Assembly (NCBI GenBank): GCA_048941285.1
Contig: JBHLNS010000058.1
Coordinates: 1-18,072, forward strand
Length of the DNA stretch: 18,072 bases
Origin: Promethearchaeota archaeon
GTDB taxonomy: Archaea; Asgardarchaeota; Lokiarchaeia; Sigyniarchaeales; SOKP01
Direction: 5' to 3'
Shown here: positions 8,665-17,109 of the stretch, in pieces
Position numbering within the stretch: the stretch's first letter is position 1
How the letters are laid out: every line of letters begins with the position of its first letter
The notes under the pieces: generated by a model
Seen by the model: only the letters and a program-made list of their open reading frames with translations
The model's database searches: none
Told to the model about the DNA's origin: nothing
Made by a program: the position numbers and the translations under genes

Positions 8665-8874
8665 GTCTGCAAAATTCCACTAATTTTAATATTAAATGAT
8701 ATTTTCGCTCTTGATATCCTATCTCCACTTTATTCCTTCTTTTCGAATGTACATATCATTATATTTTCTAATATGATTTATTAAAATTAGTTTTGAAACC
8801 GTTATAATTATAAGCAATAGACCCAAATTATACATGCAAAATTCACATTTTAAAATTATAGGGCATAAAATAAA

Positions 8875-9822
8875 ATGAATAGAGAAATCGATGATAGAAC
8901 TTATTTGAATTATCTTTTGCAATACTTAAACAATGATGAATTGAAACAAATATGCCGAGATTTCGAATTAAAGGGATTTTCAAAATTAAAAAAATCAGAA
9001 TTAATTGATTTTATTCTTGATTCTCTAGCAGAAGAAGAATTAAAAGAACTATTAGAACAAAAAGAAATTGAGATAATATCTGAGGGATTAGAATTAGCTA
9101 TAAAAAAAATAAATGGGGAAGATAGAGAAAGCGTTACTGAAATTAAAGTTGTAAATCCTAGTAAACATGAAATTGAATTAAAATTTAAAGGATGGAATTG
9201 GGAAACAGAATCTTATTTATCTATCAATCCAAAAAATATAGGGAATCCTGAAAGAGATTGTGATTGTAGAATAGGGGCAAATTTGGGATTTTGTAGTCAT
9301 TTTTGGATTGGTTTTATCTATTCATTAAAACAAAATTGGTTTAAACTTGATGATTGGACATTAACAGGTCTACCCGATGATTTTGAGAAAAAAATTAGAA
9401 AGATAAAGCTTACTGAAACTCAAGTGGGGGAAAAAGGGGAAGAATTACAAAAAGCAGCTGTATTGGTTGATGAAACATCTTCAAGTGCGAAATTAATGAA
9501 ATATCTTGATTCTCCAATAACTGTATATGAAGGTAAAATTATTGAGATTGTAGAGAGAGAATCAGAATTTCAAGGAAATATAACCAAATTTTATATTGCT
9601 TCACTTGAAGATCTCAAAATTGGTCCTAAATTAAAAAAAGCAAGTGATTATCGTGAAGAAGATACTGAAATCATAGAAAAATTGAAAGTACGAATGAGTG
9701 AAAAATTACAAAATGAAAATAGTTTCACTAAAGGAGATAAAATTAATTTCAGTGGAAGGCTAGTAAAAGATAATTTTTGGGGTTATACAGTAAAGAATGT
9801 TAGGAAAGTTACCAAAAATTAA
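8875..9822 (+). CDS. Putative nucleic-acid-binding protein: SAP/Rho-N-like helix-extension-helix + SWIM zinc finger + probable C-terminal OB fold
   Basis: LNNDELKQICRDFELKGFSKLKKSELIDFIL (HeH); CDCRIGANLGFCSH (CxCx8CxH); beta-rich C-terminus with ITVYEGKIIEI and KGDKINFSGRLVKD. Confidence 0.75.
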   Translation: MNREIDDRTYLNYLLQYLNNDELKQICRDFELKGFSKLKKSELIDFILDSLAEEELKELLEQKEIEIISEGLELAIKKINGEDRESVTEIKVVNPSKHEIELKFKGWNWETESYLSINPKNIGNPERDCDCRIGANLGFCSHFWIGFIYSLKQNWFKLDDWTLTGLPDDFEKKIRKIKLTETQVGEKGEELQKAAVLVDETSSSAKLMKYLDSPITVYEGKIIEIVERESEFQGNITKFYIASLEDLKIGPKLKKASDYREEDTEIIEKLKVRMSEKLQNENSFTKGDKINFSGRLVKDNFWGYTVKNVRKVTKN

Positions 9823-9927
9823 TCAACTTAATAATTTATCTTTATTATAGTTCATATTCCTTTGGAATTGGTAAATTTTTAATTTGTATTAATCTAAGAT
9901 TTTATTAATTAAATTATTTGAATTGAT

Positions 9928-10779
9928 ATGTCTGATTCTATGAAAGGGAAAGTTTGTATCATTACAGGAGCAAATTCAGGTATTGGTAAGGCAACAGCAC
10001 TAGGACTAGCTAAATTGGATGCCCATATTGTCATGCTTTGTCGGGATAAATCTAGAGGTGAAGAAGCGCTTTCAGAAATCATTACTGAAAGTGAAAATGA
10101 ATCAATCAATTTATTAATAGCAGATTTATCTTCACAAGCGTCAATCAGGCATTTTGTAAAAGAGTTCCAAAGTAAATATGATAAATTACATATTTTAATT
10201 AATAACGCAGGTGTAAATCCTAGCAAGCGACATGAAACTTTAGATGGTATAGAAAAAACTTTTGCTATTAACACGCTAGCTCCCTTTTTGTTAACTAATT
10301 TGCTTGTACCAATCCTTAAAGACAGCATACCTTCTCGAGTCATAAATGTTGCTTCAGCAGTGCAAAGTAAATCTATTAATTTTGAAAATTTACAGTCTAA
10401 AAAATATTATAGATCATGGAAAGCCTATTCAAAATCTAAAACGGCCCTTATTCTTCTCACATATGAGTTTGCTAGACGTTTAAATGATAGTGGAATTACA
10501 GTAAATTGTCTTCACCCTGGAGCAGTAAAATCTAATATAATACGGGATTATAAAGGGTTTATTAAATTGTTTACAAAGCTCTTGTTTAGTTTTGCAAAAA
10601 GCCCAGAAAAAGGAGCAGAAACTTCAATATACCTCGCATCATCACCAAATGTGAAAAATATATCTGGAAAATATTTTATTGATAAGAAAGAAGCTAAATC
10701 TAGTGAAGTTACTTATGATAAGTCTATTGCAAAAAGACTTTGGGATGTGTGTGCTGATCTCACGAAATTGAACAGCTAA
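9928..10779 (+). CDS. Short-chain dehydrogenase/reductase, retinol dehydrogenase (RDH11-14/WWOX-like) subgroup, copy 1
   Basis: TGANSGIG, LCRD (basic residue suggesting NADP preference), DLSS, NNAG, NVAS, YSKSK, LHPGAV, GAETSIYLA, LWD. Confidence 0.95.
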   Translation: MSDSMKGKVCIITGANSGIGKATALGLAKLDAHIVMLCRDKSRGEEALSEIITESENESINLLIADLSSQASIRHFVKEFQSKYDKLHILINNAGVNPSKRHETLDGIEKTFAINTLAPFLLTNLLVPILKDSIPSRVINVASAVQSKSINFENLQSKKYYRSWKAYSKSKTALILLTYEFARRLNDSGITVNCLHPGAVKSNIIRDYKGFIKLFTKLLFSFAKSPEKGAETSIYLASSPNVKNISGKYFIDKKEAKSSEVTYDKSIAKRLWDVCADLTKLNS

Positions 10780-10874
10780 GAAGTAGATTTTATTACTATT
10801 ACTTTATTCTCCTATTTACACGAGTTCTTTTAATTAGGAAATTAACTAATTTATGAAATATTGGGATTTTTGAT

Positions 10875-11744
10875 ATGGTAACCAATAAATCCAAAATAAT
10901 GAACGGAAAAATATGTATGATTACTGGGGCTAATTCTGGAATTGGAAAAGCAACAGCAGTCGGTTTGGCAAAATTAGGAGCTTCATTAGTGTTGGTTTGC
11001 CGAGATCAAAATCGAGCTGATGAAGCATTAGCAGAAATAAAAGAAAAAACTGGAAATAAGTCAATAGATTTAATATTGGCGGATTTATCTTCTCAGAGAG
11101 GAATTCATAAACTTGTATCAGATTTTAAAAATAAGTATGATAGATTACACGTTCTAATAAATAATGCAGGTGTAAATTTACATACACATACCTTAACTGA
11201 AGATGGGATAGAAAGTACATTTGCGGTAAACTATTTAGCCCATTTTATGCTAAGTAATTTATTATATGATACCTTAAAGATTAGCTCACCATCCCGCATT
11301 GTAAACGTTGCATCAAGTGTTCAAGCAAAATATATCGATTTTGATGATTTGAATGGAGATAATCACTACCGCCAACTAAAGGCATATGCGCAATCAAAAT
11401 TAGCTGTAGTCCTCTTTACCCACGAATTTGCTAGAAAAATCGATGGTAATGGAGTTTCAGTGAATTGTCTTCATCCTGGATATGTAAAAACAAATATGAT
11501 ACGAAAATTTCGCCCATTTGTTAAATATTTTTACCACTTAGTAGGTTTATTTATGTTAACTCCAAAACGGGGAGCAAAAACATCAATATATTTAGCTACT
11601 TCTTCTGAAATAGATGGAATAAGTGGAAAATACTTTAAAAGGAAAAAAGAAGCGAAGTCTGTTAAGATCTCATACGATAAAGATGTAGCTAAACAATTAT
11701 GGGATATAAGTGTCAAATTAACAAATGTGGATTTTAAAAATTAA
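10875..11744 (+). CDS. Short-chain dehydrogenase/reductase, retinol dehydrogenase-like, copy 2 (tandem paralog; start may be the second ATG at 10899)
   Basis: TGANSGIG, VCRD, NNAG, NVASS, YAQSK, LHPGYV, GAKTSIYLA, LWD. Confidence 0.95.
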   Translation: MVTNKSKIMNGKICMITGANSGIGKATAVGLAKLGASLVLVCRDQNRADEALAEIKEKTGNKSIDLILADLSSQRGIHKLVSDFKNKYDRLHVLINNAGVNLHTHTLTEDGIESTFAVNYLAHFMLSNLLYDTLKISSPSRIVNVASSVQAKYIDFDDLNGDNHYRQLKAYAQSKLAVVLFTHEFARKIDGNGVSVNCLHPGYVKTNMIRKFRPFVKYFYHLVGLFMLTPKRGAKTSIYLATSSEIDGISGKYFKRKKEAKSVKISYDKDVAKQLWDISVKLTNVDFKN

Positions 11745-13120
11745 TAATATCTATATTTTAATGAATCTGTAAGTTTTAATAATTTTTTTGAGATTTTTAA
11801 TTCGAAAGGATCAATTTCCTCTAATTTTTTGTAAAAAGACGGTAATTTCTTAATATTACCTAAATAAAACTTCTTAATATCATCTAATGTTGGTAGATTT
11901 GTGATTAATTTCCCTTCTTTCATAACCGGAATGAGTAATGCTTCAGAATTAGGTGGAAAAGACTCACTTTCAAGTGATAAAACATCTTCTTTAAAAATTC
12001 CATTTTTATCGTAAATTCTATAAATTTGTTTTTTTCCTGGATAAGTAGTTTTTTGTTCACTAGTCTTTATCCTCGGTACTCCATTATATTCTATTAATTT
12101 ATATACTCCCGCAATTGTTGGATCATCGCGAGATGTTGCTAATTCTGTTCCTACACCGAAAGCGTCTATAGGAGCATTTTTATCAATAATCTCTTTTATT
12201 TTAAATTCATTTAAATCTGAACTTGCTACAATTATTACTTTTTCACAACCATTACTATCTAATATTTTTCTTACTTTTTTAGCATGATCAATTAAATCAC
12301 CGGAATCTATCCGAACTCCTCTTATATTATTTCCAAATTTAGATGATTTTTGAGCAGCTTTTTCAGTATTGTATGTATCGATTAAAAGTATAGAATCATT
12401 ACCATAGATTTTATAGTATGAATCGAAACTGTCTAACTCCTCATCAAATTTTTGTACAAAACTATGAGCCATAGTTCCACTAGAATTTATTCCCAATTCG
12501 AAATCAGCAACTACATTGCTAGTACCATTAAACCCTGCGATATAACTTGCTCTAGCAGCATAAACACCAGCAAGTGGACTATGAGACCTTCTTGTGCCAA
12601 ACTCAAGAAGAATTTTATTCTGTGCTATATTCTTTATCCTCGATGCTTTAGACGCAATAAGAGTTTGAAAATTAATCACATTAAGTAAATATGTTTCCGC
12701 TAATTGGGCATGAAATATGGGTCCTTGTACTCTTATTATTGGCTCATTTGGGAAGAAAAAGTTCCCTTCTCTCATTGCCGATACATCCAAATTGAATTTA
12801 AATTTTGGTAAATACTCATTAAAAAAACTGGAATCAATATTTTTAAAAACGGCCTTTTTCCTGAGAAAATCAATTGTTCGCTCTGTAAATCTAGCATTAA
12901 GTAAGTATTGAAGTGCTTGTTCTAACCCAGCGAAAATTAAATAATTACGATTTCTTGGAAACTTTCTAATAAATAACTCAAATGTAGCAATATCCTCCTT
13001 CTCATCAATGCCATTCTCAAGATTATATTGATAATAAGCGGCACCCATTGTCAATTGATAAAAATCTGTAGCTAAAATCATATTTAAATCGTTCACAAAA
13101 CCAGATTTTATCATATTCAT
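11741..13120 (-). CDS. pncB: Nicotinate phosphoribosyltransferase
   Basis: TDFYQLTM, FELFIRK, EFGTRRSH, TSNV, GTMAHSFV (phospho-His), LIDTY, VRIDSGD, ASSDLNE, FGVGT, GVYKL, PGKKQIYR. Confidence 0.96.
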   Translation of the reverse strand: MNMIKSGFVNDLNMILATDFYQLTMGAAYYQYNLENGIDEKEDIATFELFIRKFPRNRNYLIFAGLEQALQYLLNARFTERTIDFLRKKAVFKNIDSSFFNEYLPKFKFNLDVSAMREGNFFFPNEPIIRVQGPIFHAQLAETYLLNVINFQTLIASKASRIKNIAQNKILLEFGTRRSHSPLAGVYAARASYIAGFNGTSNVVADFELGINSSGTMAHSFVQKFDEELDSFDSYYKIYGNDSILLIDTYNTEKAAQKSSKFGNNIRGVRIDSGDLIDHAKKVRKILDSNGCEKVIIVASSDLNEFKIKEIIDKNAPIDAFGVGTELATSRDDPTIAGVYKLIEYNGVPRIKTSEQKTTYPGKKQIYRIYDKNGIFKEDVLSLESESFPPNSEALLIPVMKEGKLITNLPTLDDIKKFYLGNIKKLPSFYKKLEEIDPFELKISKKLLKLTDSLKYRYY

Positions 13121-13330
13121 TTTTTTTTCATCGAAATTTTTTAGGTTTTCCTAAGTATGTACTTATTTTTTTCATAATAAATCTTATATTTTTATTTTAT
13201 ATGAGATTAAAACTCTGCGTAAATGGATATTAAAGAATGAGAAGTCTTAATTTTTAAGTTTATTTACAAATAATATTATCAAAAGTAGGAAAAGTAGAAA
13301 AACATTTTTTAATGAAGAATTCGATCTTTG

Positions 13331-13368
13331 TATAAATACCTATTTTAATAAAACATTAAAATTTGGAG
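13331..13368 (+). promoter_or_regulatory. Candidate TATA box (TATAAATA, 13331-13338) and SD (GGAG, 13365-13368) for tes
   Basis: Seen directly upstream of the ATG at 13379. Confidence 0.4.
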
Positions 13369-13378
13369 TACACAAAAA

Positions 13379-15115
13379 ATGTACCATTTAGACGATGATG
13401 AATATATAAACGTGCCTTATTATAGAAAAACACGAAGTGTTTGCCCAGAATGTTTAGAACCTATTGATGCTGAAGTTTATGAAGAAAATGATCAAATTTG
13501 GATGAAAAAATCATGTGAAGAACATGGCCAATTCAAGGATAAACTTAGTTCGAGCGCAAAATACTATAAATGGACACATTGGGCTATAAAAGATAAAGAT
13601 GGAAAAGTAGTGTGGAAATTTGATAAAGATGGTGAAGCGAATCCTCCTGATTGTGTTGGTGAAGATCCAAGAGGTTGTCCTTATAACTGCGGATTATGTG
13701 AGCAGCACCTCTCAACTTGCTCATTAGCTTTAATAGACCTTACAAATCGTTGTAATTTCAACTGTAATTTTTGCTATGCTAATGTTTTACAGTCTGGTTA
13801 CTTAGTTGAGCCCACCTTAGAAGAAATAGATAGAATTATGAAACATTTTAGAAGTAAACCAATGCCAGCAGTTGCTATTATGTTCACTGGTGGAGAACCG
13901 ACAGTTAGGAAAGACTTTCCTGAAATTTGTAAAATGGCAAAAGACAATGGATTTAAAGAAGTTATCGTTGCAACGAATGGCTATGGATTTCAAAAGAAAA
14001 ATGGTGGTCTTGAATGGACAAAAAAGGTAAAGCAAGCAGGTTTAGACACATTATATTTCCAATTTGATGGAATCAACGATGTTACCTACGAAAAAACACG
14101 TGGGATAAAGAATCTTATGGCATATAAACAAAGAGTTATTGATAATTGTCGTAAAGCTGGACTTGATTCTATTGTATTAGTTGCTACAATTGCTAAAGGG
14201 GTTACCGATATTGAAGTTGGAAATATTATTCAATATGCCATTGATAATGTTGATGTGGTTCGTGGAATAACATTTCAACCTGTATCTTTATGTGGGCGTA
14301 TAGCTTTTGAAGAACGAGCAGAATTGAGAATAACTAATGCAGATGTTCTTAAAAAGATCGAAGAACAAACAGGAGGAAAGATTAGCATGGAAAATGCGTG
14401 GTATCCCTTGAGCACTATTGTGGAATTCGGCAGAGTTATAGCATATTTGGCTGATGTCGAACCTATAGAATTTACCTGCCATCCAGATTGTGGCTTCGCA
14501 TCATATATGGTCGTGGATCCCGATTCGAGAGAAATGATGCCAATAATGGAATACTTTGACCCGTTAAAGGTTATAGATTTCGCTAATCGTTTTTGGGCTA
14601 AAATTAAACATAAAGAAAAGAAAGAACTTCGAGTATTTGAAGAACTATTAGGAGATTTCGGTAAAACACTTGACAAAGGACTAAATTTCCTAGACAAAAC
14701 CCAATTAAGAGCTAGATTCCTGTTAGGGGTCCTGCAATATATGAAAAAACCTGGAAAACTCATGGAAATGTTTTCAAGACTTTTAATGCGTGGAGATTGG
14801 GAGAGTGTAAGTTCATTCAGTTATGGTGCTTTATTATTATCAAGTATGCACTTCCAAGATGCATATAATATGGATTTAGAGCGAACTAAGAGGTGTATTG
14901 TACATTTTGGCATCGCAATGCCTGATGGAAGCGTAAAAGAAATCAGTTTTTGTACAATGAACTCGATTCATAGACCTATTATCGAGAAACAAATTGCCAA
15001 ACAAGTTACAGCAAAAGTAAGGGATGAATTTGACACTTCCACAGGTCAAGCTGTGAAAGAAATTAGCCAAGAAGTGGCTCGTAATGGCGGAATAAGTAAG
15101 GAGGAGGATGCTTAA
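13379..15115 (+). CDS. tes: Tetraether lipid synthase / GDGT-macrocyclic archaeol synthase (Tes, MJ0619-family radical SAM)
   Basis: N-terminal metal site SVCPEC...CEEHG; auxiliary cluster motif GCPYNCGLCEQH; SAM motif DLTNRCNFNCNFCYAN; FTGGEPT; ATNG; YFQFDG; FQPVS; HPDCG; C-terminal SMHFQDAYNMDLER.KRC.VH...FCTMN. Confidence 0.9.
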   Translation: MYHLDDDEYINVPYYRKTRSVCPECLEPIDAEVYEENDQIWMKKSCEEHGQFKDKLSSSAKYYKWTHWAIKDKDGKVVWKFDKDGEANPPDCVGEDPRGCPYNCGLCEQHLSTCSLALIDLTNRCNFNCNFCYANVLQSGYLVEPTLEEIDRIMKHFRSKPMPAVAIMFTGGEPTVRKDFPEICKMAKDNGFKEVIVATNGYGFQKKNGGLEWTKKVKQAGLDTLYFQFDGINDVTYEKTRGIKNLMAYKQRVIDNCRKAGLDSIVLVATIAKGVTDIEVGNIIQYAIDNVDVVRGITFQPVSLCGRIAFEERAELRITNADVLKKIEEQTGGKISMENAWYPLSTIVEFGRVIAYLADVEPIEFTCHPDCGFASYMVVDPDSREMMPIMEYFDPLKVIDFANRFWAKIKHKEKKELRVFEELLGDFGKTLDKGLNFLDKTQLRARFLLGVLQYMKKPGKLMEMFSRLLMRGDWESVSSFSYGALLLSSMHFQDAYNMDLERTKRCIVHFGIAMPDGSVKEISFCTMNSIHRPIIEKQIAKQVTAKVRDEFDTSTGQAVKEISQEVARNGGISKEEDA

Positions 15116-15403
15116 ATGCCAAAAGATCTCGTTGAAGATAAAGATGGAATGAAAATCCGAAAATTAACAGAGCTAAAAACTGTTACAAATAAAGATTATG
15201 AAGAAGCTATGCTTAAACGAGTAGATGAATTTAAGGAGACAAAAAAAGATAAGTCCCAGTTCAACGACATCCTTCAAAACACATTTTTTAAAGCATTAAG
15301 CACAGCATTGGATTTAAAAGTCCAAGTTGATAAAGCTCTTGGAGAAGATAACCTAAAAAAGCTCCACAAAGCGATAGATGATATTCTTTTATTAGGTCTC
15401 TAA
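15116..15403 (+). CDS. Small helical hypothetical protein, directly abutting tes
   Basis: ATG immediately follows the tes TAA (TAAATG). A strong SD GGAGGAGG (15100-15107) lies within the tes 3' end. Confidence 0.8.
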   Translation: MPKDLVEDKDGMKIRKLTELKTVTNKDYEEAMLKRVDEFKETKKDKSQFNDILQNTFFKALSTALDLKVQVDKALGEDNLKKLHKAIDDILLLGL

Positions 15404-15438
15404 TTTTATTCTACTTTTTAATTTTTTATATTATTTTT
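15404..15438 (+). terminator. T-rich archaeal-type terminator after the tes operon
   Basis: Several T4-T6 runs immediately follow the stop at 15403. Confidence 0.4.
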
Positions 15439-15467
15439 AAAGCCCATTTACTTCAATTGGTAATTCA

Positions 15468-15716
15468 TTATTTAATTGTTATGAAATTGAGAATGTCTTT
15501 AGAGTAATTTTCGTCTGTTATACTATGACCTTCGCTTGGATATAAAATTACTTTAGAGTTTGGTATCAGATCCCCCATTTCTTTAACGATATTAGATGGA
15601 AAATAAGGGTCATGGTCATTGCATAATATCAAGACTGGTACTTTAATTTTTGTTAAACTTGACAAAGCATCATGCTCTATTTCTGCTTTAGCTTCAATTA
15701 ATATATCTTGTGAAAA
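15468..15716 (-). pseudogene. 5'-truncated alpha/beta hydrolase remnant (C-terminal part only)
   Basis: The frame reads SQDILIEAKAEIEHDALSSLTKIKVPVLILCNDHDPYFP...LIPNSKVILYPSEGH, which covers the acid and His regions. It has no nucleophile elbow and no ATG. Upstream lie an A13 tract (15746-15758) and an in-frame TGA at 15822-15824. Confidence 0.7.
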
Positions 15717-15918
15717 AGTTTTATGGTTTGGTATGCATTTAAAGTAAAAAAAAAAAAACCTAAATATACCAAATTTCGGTTTATATTTTGTTATAGGGAA
15801 ATTGATTTTTGAAATTAAGGTTCATTGCGATTCTATTTTATATTATATATTTAATAAATATCTATTTTTGTTTTTTTCATAATATATTTTTAAAATCTTA
15901 ATTTAGTTTAGTTATATC

Positions 15919-17001
15919 ATGGTTTATAACTGTCTCACCATACCAGTTACAATTTTTTATATAGGCAATGGGATTGTTCATCTTTGTTATGCTCGAAAGT
16001 TAAAAAGAAAGTATCCAGATCACAACTTTACAAATTCTTTTTTAATCTTTTTATTGTGGATTGTTGCCGGTTTGGTTTTTCCTTTCTTTTTTATAAGAGA
16101 TACAAGTCAAATAAGATGGTTTGAAGGGTTAGCGCTTCAAATTACATGTATATACGCACCCTTATTAATTTTAGTCATTTTGTATTACCAGTATCGATTT
16201 GTATTGATGAAAAACCCAAGTTTAAGAGATAACAGAACTATAGATAAATTTCTAGAACATTTTACTTTAATGGATATAAAAAATCTGAAAAATAGAAAAC
16301 TGGCTTTAAAGACTGATTTTCATAGAAAAGCATTTCATTTATTACCGGCAGTGATTATTATTTTTTTATGGTTATTTGCTGTTCATATTTGGGATGCAAT
16401 GTGGAATGCTGATTTATTTTGGGGGATTTCTGGTACAGAATATGGCATATTTTTAATATTAACGGTTGGCTATACTGGTATTATCATATTTGCTGCTTTA
16501 GATTACATTCGACTATCTCATATTTTTAATAAGAAAACAATCTATCATTTACTTCCTTCTTGTATTTCTAATATTTTAGGTAAAACTTTAAAGAAAAATG
16601 AAATCTATGAATTTACAAGACCGGTTGCCTTAGTTTTATCCCTTGTTCCTACCCTTTTCCTACCCTTTGGAATATTTACAGCTGTTGCTTTAATTGCGAC
16701 TTTAGGAGATGGAGCTGCGTCAATATTTGGATTGAGGTTTGGTAGAATTCATATTCCAAAATCCTCAAATAAAACATTAATTGGATATATATCTGGATTC
16801 GTGGTATCTTTTGGAATAAGTTTTATAGTTTTATGGATATTTGAAAAATATTATTTGAATATATCCCAAATTATAATAATAGGATTAGGGGGAGCTTTAG
16901 TTTTTCTATTTGTTGATTACCTAAATCTCAAAGTTGATGATAATATCTTGAATCCAATTTTATGTGCTTTAATAATGGGATTTTTATATTCACTATTTTG
17001 A
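15919..17001 (+). CDS. CTP-dependent polyprenol kinase family membrane protein (dolichol/phytol/farnesol kinase, Dgk1-like)
   Basis: Polytopic protein with FHRKAFH, LDYIRL, E..E, LGDGAASIFGLRFG, KTLIG and VDDNILNP, the hallmarks of the SEC59/VTE5/DGK1 family. Confidence 0.85.
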   Translation: MVYNCLTIPVTIFYIGNGIVHLCYARKLKRKYPDHNFTNSFLIFLLWIVAGLVFPFFFIRDTSQIRWFEGLALQITCIYAPLLILVILYYQYRFVLMKNPSLRDNRTIDKFLEHFTLMDIKNLKNRKLALKTDFHRKAFHLLPAVIIIFLWLFAVHIWDAMWNADLFWGISGTEYGIFLILTVGYTGIIIFAALDYIRLSHIFNKKTIYHLLPSCISNILGKTLKKNEIYEFTRPVALVLSLVPTLFLPFGIFTAVALIATLGDGAASIFGLRFGRIHIPKSSNKTLIGYISGFVVSFGISFIVLWIFEKYYLNISQIIIIGLGGALVFLFVDYLNLKVDDNILNPILCALIMGFLYSLF

Positions 17002-17109
17002 AAATGGTGAAATTATGTTTTAATTTCAAAGCATTAATTTTAACATTAAATTGCTGGTCACCCTTCGGAAAAATTATCATTTTATTTTCGATATCATCGA
17101 ATTGCTTCT

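Noticed and set aside
8719-8922. 67-aa minus-strand ORF
   Set aside because: Overlaps the start of the SWIM gene, has AT-driven composition and no recognisable features.
9909-11716. Minus-strand ORFs 9909-10343 and 11531-11716
   Set aside because: Antisense to the SDR genes, which commonly show open antisense frames.
12452-12911. Plus-strand ORFs 12452-12688 and 12717-12911
   Set aside because: Antisense to pncB.
13817-15070. Four minus-strand ORFs inside tes
   Set aside because: Antisense shadows with no independent evidence.
13379-15115. Radical SAM as MoaA or a pterin methyltransferase
   Set aside because: The N-terminal CPEC/CxxHG and CPxxCGLC motifs and the MHFQDAYN motif identify the MJ0619/Tes family, whose earlier methyltransferase annotation has been superseded.
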